A stretch of DNA of 64,000 nt. It comes from a virus. Both the position numbers and the translations under genes were made by a program. Location: IMG/VR virus record IMGVR_UViG_3300020442_000509, positions 5,802 through 69,801 of that record, one strand, 5' to 3'. A model generated the notes under the pieces. It was not told the origin of the DNA and did not search any database. It saw only the letters and a program-made list of their open reading frames with translations. Positions 47,686 through 57,500 of this stretch are shown piece after piece (position 1 is the first letter of the stretch; each line of letters starts with the position of its first letter).

Positions 47686-48688
47686 CCAAGTGGTCTGGGT
47701 CTTCCACGTGGAGGATCTGGGGTTTGAACCCCGCCAGGTCCATGAACTTGAAAGTCGGTCCCACTTTCATACGAACTTGGAAGGCAGCTTCAAAGTTATC
47801 GTTGATCAGATCAACATCCTTGTTGGAAGCTTCACGTACCTTGACTGCTTGGTTAGCAGGAACGTTCTCCAAGTATCCTACACCCTTTGGTCTAAAACCC
47901 TGACCATATACAGCGAGGTGTTCATAGACAGACCGCTTGATATAGGTTTTGTCACGTCTGCTGCCATTGTAACCAACAAATACAGTGTTGCTGTCCTTGT
48001 AGACATTCTTCTCTGCCCATGCGACAGTCTCTTTCTTTGTGGTGGATTCCATAGTCTCACCAGCATCAGTCGCATCCAATGCTTCTTGACAAATCTCCTT
48101 GACAGAAGCGTCAGCAAAGCTGTGGGGGATCTCAGACATCCATCCTTCCAACCACTTCCTCGTGGGATATACACCACCGTGAGATACTCGGTACTCTTGG
48201 ATTCGTGTCTTTGCCTTCTCGATGAAGTCTTTACGAGTGTGTCGTTTTTGAGGCAAGTGATCATTGGCACCTAGACCAATCTCATCCCGCACGTCTTGCT
48301 TAGTGAACCCAGGTTTGGGTACTGCGATGTTAAATACCCACTTATCAAAAGCCAGTTCAGTGAGTGCTTCACCGCGAGTGAATCCATCGAGCTGCTCACC
48401 ATCATCAAAGATGTATGGGGGCTGCTGTTGTGTAGACATGCCATGAGCATTGACAGAAGACTTAATATCGTCTTTGTGCTTCTTGTCAGTTCCTGTAGCA
48501 CGAGCAGTGTTAGCAACCTGCCCCTTCTTATTTGTAGTTTTGAGAGAGTCAAGCTTACGTACTTCTCGCCGCTCGACAATAAAGGATCTTCCTGTGGGGA
48601 GTGGCAACTCCTTAAGCATTTCAACAGTCGGAGGACTGTCACGTGTCACTCGAATGAAGGTCTGAGTGAAGTTTGATTTGTTGTTCAT
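47681..48688 (-). CDS. ParB/Srx N-terminal-like domain protein (335 aa)
   Basis: DIKSSVNAHGM...PPYI..DGEQLDGFTRGEAL resembles the ParB-N pattern L..SI...G...P....DG.hR..A. Confidence 0.55.
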   Translation of the reverse strand: MNNKSNFTQTFIRVTRDSPPTVEMLKELPLPTGRSFIVERREVRKLDSLKTTNKKGQVANTARATGTDKKHKDDIKSSVNAHGMSTQQQPPYIFDDGEQLDGFTRGEALTELAFDKWVFNIAVPKPGFTKQDVRDEIGLGANDHLPQKRHTRKDFIEKAKTRIQEYRVSHGGVYPTRKWLEGWMSEIPHSFADASVKEICQEALDATDAGETMESTTKKETVAWAEKNVYKDSNTVFVGYNGSRRDKTYIKRSVYEHLAVYGQGFRPKGVGYLENVPANQAVKVREASNKDVDLINDNFEAAFQVRMKVGPTFKFMDLAGFKPQILHVEDPDHLV

Positions 48689-48808
48689 AGTATAATGTCC
48701 TTAAGGCATGGACGTACGCCGTTGTAGTTTAGGTGGGGAAATCGGATAGCAACACGGCTTGATCTCCCCGTCTGGATTGTGTGATTGTTGGATTGGGTCT
48801 CCCCTTTC

Positions 48809-49243
48809 CTATACTACCAGGTTCAAGTCCCTGATAGCCCTGGCAGCAATGCGACCCTCCAGAAAGTGCGCTGCTTGCTCCCAAGGTTGATCAGCATAGC
48901 ATGTATCGCTTGGAACGTGCTTACGTGCCCAGTAGTTTTTGTTGTACTTCGTGACATGCTCACGATGTACTCGCTGCTGGACGTGGATCAACTCATGTAC
49001 AAGTGTAGTGATGAAGTCGATTGTTGTCAAGCGGTTGTGGATGTTGATCTCGAATGCCCGTGGACGTGAAACGCTGTCCACAATACAGCAGGTGCCATAG
49101 TCACCTTCACGTAACATACCACGGGCAATAAAGTCGATACTGATCTTATGCTTGCCGATGTAGGTTTTGGCAAACCAATCAGTGATCTGTCTCGTCAAAT
49201 TACGTCGCCCATTAGCTCCTTTGAAATAATATGCGACAGTCAT
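48809..49243 (-). CDS. HEXXH zinc metallopeptidase-like protein (start revised to MTVAYY)
   Basis: FITTLVHELIHVQQ..Y.DQPWEQAA. Confidence 0.8.
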   Translation of the reverse strand: MTVAYYFKGANGRRNLTRQITDWFAKTYIGKHKISIDFIARGMLREGDYGTCCIVDSVSRPRAFEINIHNRLTTIDFITTLVHELIHVQQRVHREHVTKYNKNYWARKHVPSDTCYADQPWEQAAHFLEGRIAARAIRDLNLVV

Positions 49244-49247
49244 GATG

Positions 49248-49409
49248 TTAGAGAAGAGTGAGACGGACACGATAGTCTTCTAGACGACGGATCAGATCAG
49301 AGTGACTGACGCCGACTAGCTCCACCTGCTCAGACTTGGCAATCTTCCAACCGTCAGTTGAACGAAGGAGTTTGAGGAGGTGATCGACTTCTTGAAGCGT
49401 AAGGGTCAT
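49248..49409 (-). CDS. Hypothetical protein, 53 aa (MTLTLQEVDHLLKLLRSTD...)
   Basis: Hand-translated; TATAAT and AGGT upstream. Confidence 0.65.
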   Translation of the reverse strand: MTLTLQEVDHLLKLLRSTDGWKIAKSEQVELVGVSHSDLIRRLEDYRVRLTLL

Positions 49410-49424
49410 TTGCTTACCTGTAAA

Positions 49425-50303
49425 TTATACACCTGGCAGGGCGGTGACCATCACTGTATCGTCCACTTTGACGTCCGCACACCGCTGGTTCGCAATGTTA
49501 CAGTAGTCCTCAGACAGATCGATGCCAATGAAGTCTCGCTCAGTGTTGAGCGCAGCAACTCCTGTGGTGCCAGAACCACAGAAGGGATCTAATACAAGTC
49601 CTCCGTGAGGAGAATATACCTTAATTAGGTATTCCATCAACGCAATAGGTTTGACGGTTGGATGATTATTGTTCTCACCCTTTTCTTTTCTAGTGGCTCG
49701 TGGAGCATAGAAATACTTTTGATGTGCCTCATTAACCTCGCCAATGATGTTGCTAGGATAGCGACCATCAGGATTAGCGTCAACAGTACCATACTCAGAC
49801 TGTGTGCCAGTAGTTTTACCATCCTTACCAAATGTACGGCGCTTGGCACCACCTGCTACCCAACCTGTAGGAGGTTTGCCCTCCCATGGGACACGAGTGG
49901 TGTCAACGTCAATGATACCACAACCCCACTTGTCAAAGTTAGATTGTAATGTACCTTCGTAAGGTTTCTGTGCTACCACGATAGGTTCATGAGCAGGCTT
50001 CAACCTGTTGTGCTTAGGCATCTTGGTGGTAGTCATCCACATGATCTGATCCTGAATGAGGAACCCAGCATCCTCTACTGCTACTGCCAGACGATGATAC
50101 AGAGCAGGTGAACAGAATGCCAGACAGAATGCTCCAGGGCGGAGCACTCTATAGATCTCTTGCCAATACTCTACACTGGGGACGCTGTGATCCCAGTGTT
50201 CCATACCCATACCATAGGGTGGATCAGTAATACAAGAGTGAAAGGAATTGTCATCGTATGCTTGAAGTTCATCAAGACAGTTCCCAGTTGTGATTGAGTA
50301 CAT
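49425..50303 (-). CDS. Amino (N6-A/N4-C) DNA methyltransferase, beta class (start revised to MYSITTGNCL)
   Basis: TDPPY N-terminal; HPTVKP and VLDPFCGSGTTG C-terminal. Confidence 0.92.
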   Translation of the reverse strand: MYSITTGNCLDELQAYDDNSFHSCITDPPYGMGMEHWDHSVPSVEYWQEIYRVLRPGAFCLAFCSPALYHRLAVAVEDAGFLIQDQIMWMTTTKMPKHNRLKPAHEPIVVAQKPYEGTLQSNFDKWGCGIIDVDTTRVPWEGKPPTGWVAGGAKRRTFGKDGKTTGTQSEYGTVDANPDGRYPSNIIGEVNEAHQKYFYAPRATRKEKGENNNHPTVKPIALMEYLIKVYSPHGGLVLDPFCGSGTTGVAALNTERDFIGIDLSEDYCNIANQRCADVKVDDTVMVTALPGV

Positions 50304-50820
50304 TTGACTCGCAGCGATTACGTTGAGCATGGGTGAAGTAGTCTTTTTTGTCCTTACCACCTGATTGAGTATACATGGCACGCATGTAGAAGTCAAAACC
50401 TCTATCATCCTCCTGCCACTCTTCATCAAGTTGGTATGTCTTGACCACAGCATTGAGATCTTCTACGAGACGCTCATACTGTGCTCTCTTCTTCTCACTG
50501 ACTACATCATCAGCAAAGAACAGTGTGGTTTCATTGTACTTAGCAGAGCTGAAGATGTACACTGAACCTTTGTGTGGCAGTCCACCATTGTAGGTAGGAT
50601 ATGCCTGCTTAGATGACTTACACTCTAGGTCAATCCACTTATCAGGTTTGACCATGACACTGAAGTCAGGGAAGTTTTGTGGACCATTGGGTTGGTATTT
50701 GTACTTGATACCATGCTTCTCAAGTAGGTCCTTGACTTGTAGCTCGTGCTCAGAGTTGTCCTGAGAGTTTGGTTTGTAAGGGAGTGATAGGCACTCCCTG
50801 AAGAATGATTGGATGGACAT
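50272..50820 (-). CDS. Putative PD-(D/E)XK restriction endonuclease (182 aa)
   Basis: HE...QPNGPQNFPDF...DLECKS..PTYNGGLP; overlaps the MTase start. Confidence 0.75.
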   Translation of the reverse strand: MSIQSFFRECLSLPYKPNSQDNSEHELQVKDLLEKHGIKYKYQPNGPQNFPDFSVMVKPDKWIDLECKSSKQAYPTYNGGLPHKGSVYIFSSAKYNETTLFFADDVVSEKKRAQYERLVEDLNAVVKTYQLDEEWQEDDRGFDFYMRAMYTQSGGKDKKDYFTHAQRNRCESNVLNHNWELS

Positions 50821-50831
50821 TGAACGGAGTT

Positions 50832-51269
50832 TCACTTGTAGAGGTAACCTCCAGACCAGTCGCAACGTGCTTTGAGCATCTCGTAGTTGTCCTTGCTGAC
50901 CAAATTATAGCGCACTCCCTTGGCAGGTGCCTTCCAGGATGCTGCTTTGTACACATCTCCTGACTTCTTGTCCACGAAGGCGTGGACAGAGCGCTGACTC
51001 TCGTCTTCCATGACGATCTTGTGATACTTGCGACCAGACTCGATCACGAAGCGCATGGGGAAGTCACCGACCATGTACGCATCGATCTGCTTCTGATAGT
51101 AGTCAGAGGATCCAGGGTTGAGGGCACGACCCTGGTTGAAGGACCTGAGGGAGTAGGTACGATACTGCTCACGCAGTGCGACACACAGACCTTCAACGCG
51201 CTCAAGAATCAGTTGCTGTTGCTCCAGCACTGCTGGTTGCTTCTCTTTGAATTCGGTGAAGGTGGTCAT
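50832..51269 (-). CDS. Conserved phage hypothetical protein (145 aa; start revised to MTTFTE)
   Basis: GRKYHKI..SVHAFVDKKSGDVYKAASWKAPAKGVRYNL..DWSGGYLY. Confidence 0.8.
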   Translation of the reverse strand: MTTFTEFKEKQPAVLEQQQLILERVEGLCVALREQYRTYSLRSFNQGRALNPGSSDYYQKQIDAYMVGDFPMRFVIESGRKYHKIVMEDESQRSVHAFVDKKSGDVYKAASWKAPAKGVRYNLVSKDNYEMLKARCDWSGGYLYK

Positions 51270-51293
51270 GAGGTGTCCTGTGTTGATACATGT

Positions 51294-51348
51294 AGTATAA
51301 CGTGTGGACACAGCAGTTCACCACCCAGTGTGCCAGTTATTCAACTGG
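51294..51348 (-). promoter_or_regulatory. Early promoter: palindromic site + TATACT
   Basis: CCAGTT-GAAT-AACTGGCACA ~29 nt upstream of TATACT. Confidence 0.7.
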
Positions 51349-51349
51349 T

Positions 51350-51664
51350 TCAGAAGTCCCACTCGGGTTCGTCTTCGTCTTCTTCACCGAACCACTGTTG
51401 ATAGAAGTCTTCATCCTCTTGATCAAAGTATCTGTAGTTGTGGTTCAGAACTTTGTGACCTGACAGACTACACAATGTGATTGTACTGTCACCATCATTC
51501 ATACAATAACCACGCATAAACCACTCAGTCAGTGGATGATCAGGTTCATGTTCTATGAGGATACCAAGAAGCTCCTCATATTTGTCACGTTCAAGATACT
51601 TGAAGTGATTCCAAGGCTTACCTACGTGGTCTTGCCAGTATTCTTCCTCTCTATAATCTAGCAT
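51350..51664 (-). CDS. Hypothetical acidic protein (104 aa)
   Basis: Coupled ORF. Confidence 0.7.
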   Translation of the reverse strand: MLDYREEEYWQDHVGKPWNHFKYLERDKYEELLGILIEHEPDHPLTEWFMRGYCMNDGDSTITLCSLSGHKVLNHNYRYFDQEDEDFYQQWFGEEDEDEPEWDF

Positions 51665-52359
51665 TTGGGACGACGCTCCACGAGAGTAATATTTTTATTG
51701 ACCCAGAACTTACAGTAATCTATCAGGCAGTCTTGTATATCGACGTCTGATAACCAATACTGTACAACGTATCCTGGTTCTTTTAACTTCAGTATACCAG
51801 GCTTTGTGATCCTAAATGGAGTGCCTGGGGTAACTTCTTGTCCATTATAGTACATATATTGTGTAGGCACAACCACGTCGATCTCATCACTCTCAGGTAC
51901 GATAGTAATCTGATCAACAACACGTAGCACCTTACGTCTATAGTATCCCAGTTCTTCATCACCAGGATCTGGACCCACACAAATACAACTGGCATTGTCA
52001 GTCAAGGCAGTCAACCTTGTCATGCCAGCAATCTTAAAGTTTAGATATGTGCCAGGCTTATACACCAGAGCATGAGGAACACCAGCGGTTTCACTCATCC
52101 AGATGCCCTCAGTGAATAACAGGCAGCGATTGTGTAGATAAAACTTTTCCAGATAAGCACGAGCAGGCTTATCATTCTCATGACCAGTGAGGTTATACTC
52201 AGTGAGCATAGCCTCAACAGCATCCATTGGAATAGGGATTACTTTGTTCTCAGGGTCATCCCCGATGAACTTAAATCCCTTCTTTTGATTACGATAGTAT
52301 AATGTAGTGAGTTTATTTCCAAAGTCTTGGATTGAACTCGGTTCATTCAGTTGGGGCAT
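51658..52359 (-). CDS. Hypothetical protein (233 aa), paralogue of the upstream neighbour
   Basis: HNRCLLFT..YKPG..FK..TRLT.L..CVGP shared with 52343-53086. Confidence 0.8.
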   Translation of the reverse strand: MPQLNEPSSIQDFGNKLTTLYYRNQKKGFKFIGDDPENKVIPIPMDAVEAMLTEYNLTGHENDKPARAYLEKFYLHNRCLLFTEGIWMSETAGVPHALVYKPGTYLNFKIAGMTRLTALTDNASCICVGPDPGDEELGYYRRKVLRVVDQITIVPESDEIDVVVPTQYMYYNGQEVTPGTPFRITKPGILKLKEPGYVVQYWLSDVDIQDCLIDYCKFWVNKNITLVERRPKC

Positions 52360-53086
52360 TACGAGGGATTATGCTAATAAGACCGTCTTCAAATTGCTGT
52401 AACCACTCACGACATACTCTCAGTACATCCACAGGGTTAGGTGTAAATTCTAGCATGTACATTGGTTTTGTCAATGTAATCTTCTGATAACCATCAACAG
52501 TACACTTAAATGCGAAGTGTTGCTTCATCATGGTGCCTTGGATGAGACAATCCTCTGTAGGTACCAGAATACTACCCACCGCCTTCGGTTTGAAGTTGGT
52601 GTCATTATCGAGTTTATGGAGGAATCTATCATATTGTGTGCCATCCTTGGGACCTACACACATACTACTACCATCTTTCTCAAGTGATGTAAGACGTGTT
52701 ACATGTGGCATCTTAAATGTAGTCATAGCACCTGCTTTGTACAGGATACTATGAAATGGTTGATTGATAGAGTCACTCTTCCATGTGCTAGTAAACACCA
52801 CACTTCTGTGATGAATACAAGCATCAGTCATACCATGTTTTCTGATTAATTCTTCTTGCTGAGCTACAAGTCCCTTTGGATTCTTTTTAACCCAGTCAGA
52901 TAGTACATCAACACCATCACTTACCAGTGGTGGTTTGATCTCTTCGATGTCAGGATCATTCCCAAAGATCTTCTTACCTTCACGAGCACCAGTACAGCTC
53001 AGTACATCAAATCCATGCTGCTCGATAAGTTTGCCGAATCCATATTCAGCAATAGCATATGTTTTATTCTCTGAAGGATCCCACAT
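52343..53086 (-). CDS. Hypothetical protein (247 aa)
   Basis: HHRSVVFT..YKAG..FK..TRLTSL..CVGP. Confidence 0.8.
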   Translation of the reverse strand: MWDPSENKTYAIAEYGFGKLIEQHGFDVLSCTGAREGKKIFGNDPDIEEIKPPLVSDGVDVLSDWVKKNPKGLVAQQEELIRKHGMTDACIHHRSVVFTSTWKSDSINQPFHSILYKAGAMTTFKMPHVTRLTSLEKDGSSMCVGPKDGTQYDRFLHKLDNDTNFKPKAVGSILVPTEDCLIQGTMMKQHFAFKCTVDGYQKITLTKPMYMLEFTPNPVDVLRVCREWLQQFEDGLISIIPRNAPTE

Positions 53087-53571
53087 TACGCATCACTCTC
53101 ACTCTCTTCAAGTTCTGCCAGTTCTTTAGTTAAGTTCTCAAACTGGAAATCAAAGTCATCTTCATGGAAGATGGTAGTAATAGATGTTTGTGTCAGGAGT
53201 GGATCAAAATGGTTAGCACCCATTTTATGCATCTCACACTCATGAAGTTCCATCTCACTAGCAGTAACTGTCTGCTCTTGATTGAGCATAGCAGACGCCG
53301 CGGCCAGTTGTTGACTTACGTCAGATTCTTGTTGACGTTGGTTACGTACGATCTCAAATACATCTCTTGCGATCTGTAGACGCAGAGGTTCGTCGTTTGT
53401 GTAGTTCCAAGCGTCCAGGATTTGATCCTTAGGATCTTCTCTTAATTCATCAGCGTGGATGTCCACGTGAATTTGACCCAGTTCAGAATCAACAGAAATG
53501 ATTGTGAATGAGACATGATCAGCTGCCAATACAGCGAACTGAGGTTCTTGTTTTACTTCGGATTGTGCCAT
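53086..53571 (-). CDS. Hypothetical acidic protein (161 aa), possible fibre assembly factor
   Basis: Stop/start coupled to the adhesin gene. Confidence 0.7.
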   Translation of the reverse strand: MAQSEVKQEPQFAVLAADHVSFTIISVDSELGQIHVDIHADELREDPKDQILDAWNYTNDEPLRLQIARDVFEIVRNQRQQESDVSQQLAAASAMLNQEQTVTASEMELHECEMHKMGANHFDPLLTQTSITTIFHEDDFDFQFENLTKELAELEESESDA

Positions 53572-54491
53572 TAGTTGATAGATCTCCCTCTACGGTCGCC
53601 AGTTGCTATCCATGAATATATGTAGCTGTTGCCATCGATATATGCTCCATTCTGACCGTTGCCGCCGCTGTTACCACCAGATCCACTGTTTCCAGGGTCT
53701 CCACCGCGTCCACCGCCATTAGAGCCACATCCTTGACCACCGCCACCATTGCCGCCACTGTTGTAGCTGCCATTGGAAGCACGGTTACCACCTGATCCAG
53801 CAGGGATACCGCCGCCTCCGCCACCGCCGCCACCACTGGCAGGGTTGTAGTTGTTACCTTGTCCTTGTCTGTAGCAGTTCTTACCACATCTGTAGTTGTA
53901 GTAATAGGTACCAACGCAGGTTCCGTTGTTACCACCGCGACCTCCGCCGCCACCGCCCCAGATCTGTCCGCTGTTCTGTACCCACATCCCTGTGCGGGAG
54001 TACAGTGCTGTGCCGCCAGCCTGAGCACCATTGCCAACGTTTCCACCGTTGCCACCTTTACCAGCGATGCGAGCACCAGAGTTAACTCTGACGTAGATAG
54101 CAGAACCAGAGGGGAAGCTGCCAATATACACACCAGGGTTGCCACCTTGTTTGCCAGTAACAGTAATCAGACCACGAATTCTATCGCTGCTGTTGTATGT
54201 TCTACCTAGTGAGGGTGAGCTGTAACCACTGGTAGACAACCATGTGCCTAGATTAAATGTACTTGTACGTGTGCCATTAAGAACAACAGAGAATGTGAAT
54301 ACATTCTCAGCATCAAATACCTTACGCCATGTACCAGAGTGTTTGATATATGCCTGTTTGACAGTTCTCCATGAACCACCATTCTTAACAGACAGTCTGT
54401 CAACATATCTCCAGGATCCACCATCTTTTACATGATGATGGAATCCTTTACCAAGATAATTGGCAACATCAGTTGGATACGGAATGCCCAT
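53571..54491 (-). CDS. Glycine-rich receptor-recognition adhesin (gp38-like)
   Basis: IAGKGGNGG..AGGTAL..VQNSGQIWGGGGGG, polyglycine tracts, C-terminal GDRRG; three KxxG(S/T)WR repeats at the N-terminus. Confidence 0.7.
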   Translation of the reverse strand: MGIPYPTDVANYLGKGFHHHVKDGGSWRYVDRLSVKNGGSWRTVKQAYIKHSGTWRKVFDAENVFTFSVVLNGTRTSTFNLGTWLSTSGYSSPSLGRTYNSSDRIRGLITVTGKQGGNPGVYIGSFPSGSAIYVRVNSGARIAGKGGNGGNVGNGAQAGGTALYSRTGMWVQNSGQIWGGGGGGRGGNNGTCVGTYYYNYRCGKNCYRQGQGNNYNPASGGGGGGGGGIPAGSGGNRASNGSYNSGGNGGGGQGCGSNGGGRGGDPGNSGSGGNSGGNGQNGAYIDGNSYIYSWIATGDRRGRSIN

Positions 54492-54506
54492 AATTTATAT
54501 CTCCTA

Positions 54507-57500
54507 TCAGTATCTATACCATACATCACCATTGCTTCCACCAGATGGACCGTTGGTAGAAATGGTGCGCTTACCATAAGCATTAGAGCTAGAACCGATA
54601 GTCAATGTGAGAGCACCAGTGCTAGCATTCAAACTAATAGATGTACCAGAGTTAGATACTGCCAGTGATCTTACACCAGTGTTGGCGATTGTAATGCTGT
54701 TAGCAGCATTTGTGACGCTGATTCCGTCACCAGCAGTAACAGTAGAAAGGGCGAAACCGCTCGAACTACCGATAAGAAGTTGACCATTAGAAATAGAGGA
54801 GGTATTAATACCAGTACCACCATAAGCACGATTGATGATCGTACCCTGCCATGTACCAGTAGAGATAGTACCTACTGTATTCAAAGATGACGCACTTGTC
54901 AAGTTGCCCAGTGTGTCAATGGCAGACTCAATAGTTGCCTCAGTTGTAGCATCCAGAGCATCAATTCTCTGGAGTGTGGTAGTGCCACTGCCATTGTCAG
55001 ACAGTACCTGTTGACCAGCAACAGAGATCTGACCACCCTCAACATCAAGATCACCACCAACATCAAGGTTGTTTCTGATATCTGTGGTACCAGTTGTAGC
55101 ACCCAGGTTCAGTGTGGTAGCAGCGCCAGCAATATTAACTGTGGTTGCGTTGCTATTGAGGAGGTTAGATGTACCCGACGGAGTGATAATACTACCAGTG
55201 ATTGTAACATCGCCACTGAAGGTAGCGTTGTCAGAAACACTAAGTGTGCTGCCGAGTGTAGTAGCACCGTTGTTAACATTCAGCGTACCAGTGTTCTGGA
55301 TGTCAAGACCCAGACCATTCTTAAGCTGAAGATCACCAGTAGCATCGGAACCACCAGAACCACCAGAAATATTAATGTTACCAGTATCAGTCAGACCGAA
55401 CTTGACCCACTCAGCACCAGTCCAATACCATCCAAGGTATTGACCACGTACAGGAATCTCACGCAGTTTCCAGTCACCATCATTAGCAGATGCTGAACCA
55501 GGTGATGTAGCAACAACGTCAATGTTCTTACTAGACTCACCAGTAATACCGATGGTAACATCAGCAGCAGTCAGTCTATCATTAACTGTAGTCTCACCCT
55601 GAACAAGGAACTTACCTTTGAATTCAGTTGTAAGAGTGTTAGATTCAACTGTGATCTTGTCTCTAACAATGATCTCGTCGAATGTAGGACGCAAGTTAGC
55701 AGTCTCACCAACAACACTCAGTACAGGTGTGTCAAGTGATTCTTCTTCACCAGTAACAGAACTGATTCTGGTGTTACCAATAAACAGGTCACCATTAGAG
55801 TTCAGACCAGAGTAGAATGCGATACCACCTTCTTCTTTCTGTGACTGTGCCAGCAGAACTTCTTCTTCTGTAAGAACTCTATTCTGTACAGAGGGAAGAC
55901 CTGTGGAGTAGTTACCAGGACCGAAACCAACGTATTCAAACGTATGGTTACCAGATCTCAGGATAGAAGGACGACGCAGTTCTAGATCAGTACCACCTGA
56001 AGCATTCAGGGGAATCATTCTAGTGGTGAGGTTCAGCTCTTCAGCGTCAGCATCTCTTGCTTCAAGTGTGATGTAGTTAGCAGTTGCTGGATCAGCGGTA
56101 GAATAGTTTGTATAGTTATTCTTTTGCTCAAGAATCCAGTCACCAATAACTTCCTTAGTGACAGATCTTTCAGGGGCAGCATTACCAGAACCATCAGTTG
56201 TAGTAACCAAACCGATAGTAACATTGGATGCCACAGATGTAGCAACCAGAGGATCTTCAGTTGGGTTATCCTTATCCAGTGTAGGATACAGGTTGTTGAT
56301 GTTCTGAGAGAATGAGAATCCAGTCAGGTTAGAATCAGATGGTGTAACTCTACCATTCAATACAGTCAGGTAGTAGATACCATTCTGAGCACCAGCTTTC
56401 AGTTCTTGTACTTTCTGGATGTCATAGATGTAGTATACACCTGTATATGACTGACCAGTAGGTACGTTTCTCTGCTGGAGAATGTAACCGTTGATAGGAT
56501 CTCTAGACAGAACTGAGGAGTCAACAACATAACGCAGACGATAGGTTCTATCTCTAGAAGATCTATTGTCAGCAATACGCTTCATGAACGCAGCACCCGT
56601 AAAGAGTGATGTTGCGTAGAAATTATCAGCACCAAGGTGATAGTGAACACCTGTGGTTGCGTTAGAAGAAGAAGCAGCAGTGACTCTTACATACCATGTG
56701 CCAAGTTGATCATCAAATTGGAGTGGGTGATTAGGATCACCAGGTACATAACCCTCAGCAGTAATGTTAGTGAATGCCGAAGCAGCAGGTGATGTAGTGT
56801 TATCAGGTGTAACTGATGCTTGATATGTCTGTGGTACAGAACTCTGACCAGCAGAGTTAATCAAGGATACGTACAATACCTCATTGATTCTAGCACCCAA
56901 GTTGAAACCTTGGAGCTTAAATGGTGGTTTGGTTGCCTCAGAATTGTAACCATACAGGTACAATCTAGTGTTAACAGCACCAATCCATGCCCATGTAACA
57001 CCACCATCAGATCTTGCTAGAGGTGCTGTTGTCCATGTAGGAGCAGTGCTACCTGTGGTGCCACCAGCAACAGTATAATATGCGTTGCCTTGATATACAC
57101 AGGAGGATCCAGCAGCAAAGTTAGTGGAGGATGTCCATGTTTGGTTCTGTTGATCACTGTTAGCTTTGATCTTCTGTACATCGAGAGCGATGTAACCAAC
57201 AGGGATCTCATCAATAGTACCAGCAAATACGGTGGTACCTGATACTGTAGCACCACGATAACCACGGTTCAGTGTCAGTGTACCATCAGTAGCAACAGAC
57301 TCTACCAGGTAAGATTCTGAGCTATCAATAGTAACAATACGGATATACTGATTGGCAGTAATACCGTGACTACTATTAAGTGGTGATGGTGTTACAGTTC
57401 TACTGTTGAGTGTAGCATTAAATGTATATCCTGCTACTGCTTCATACGAACGTGCTAGTTTCTTCGGTGGGATAACATGTGTTACCTTACCCGCCTTGTC

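Noticed and set aside
49425-50453. Longer track starts for the MTase, nuclease, helicase and several small ORFs
   Set aside because: The extensions overlap upstream genes or promoters; downstream ATGs fit better.
41659-51348. Dispersed palindromes as a CRISPR array or attC cassette array
   Set aside because: Copies are degenerate, separated by whole genes and at a fixed distance from -10 boxes; no cas or integrase gene in the window.
54492-54499. TATAAATT before the adhesin gene as a late promoter
   Set aside because: Directly abuts the ATG; it is more simply the SD-ATG spacer.
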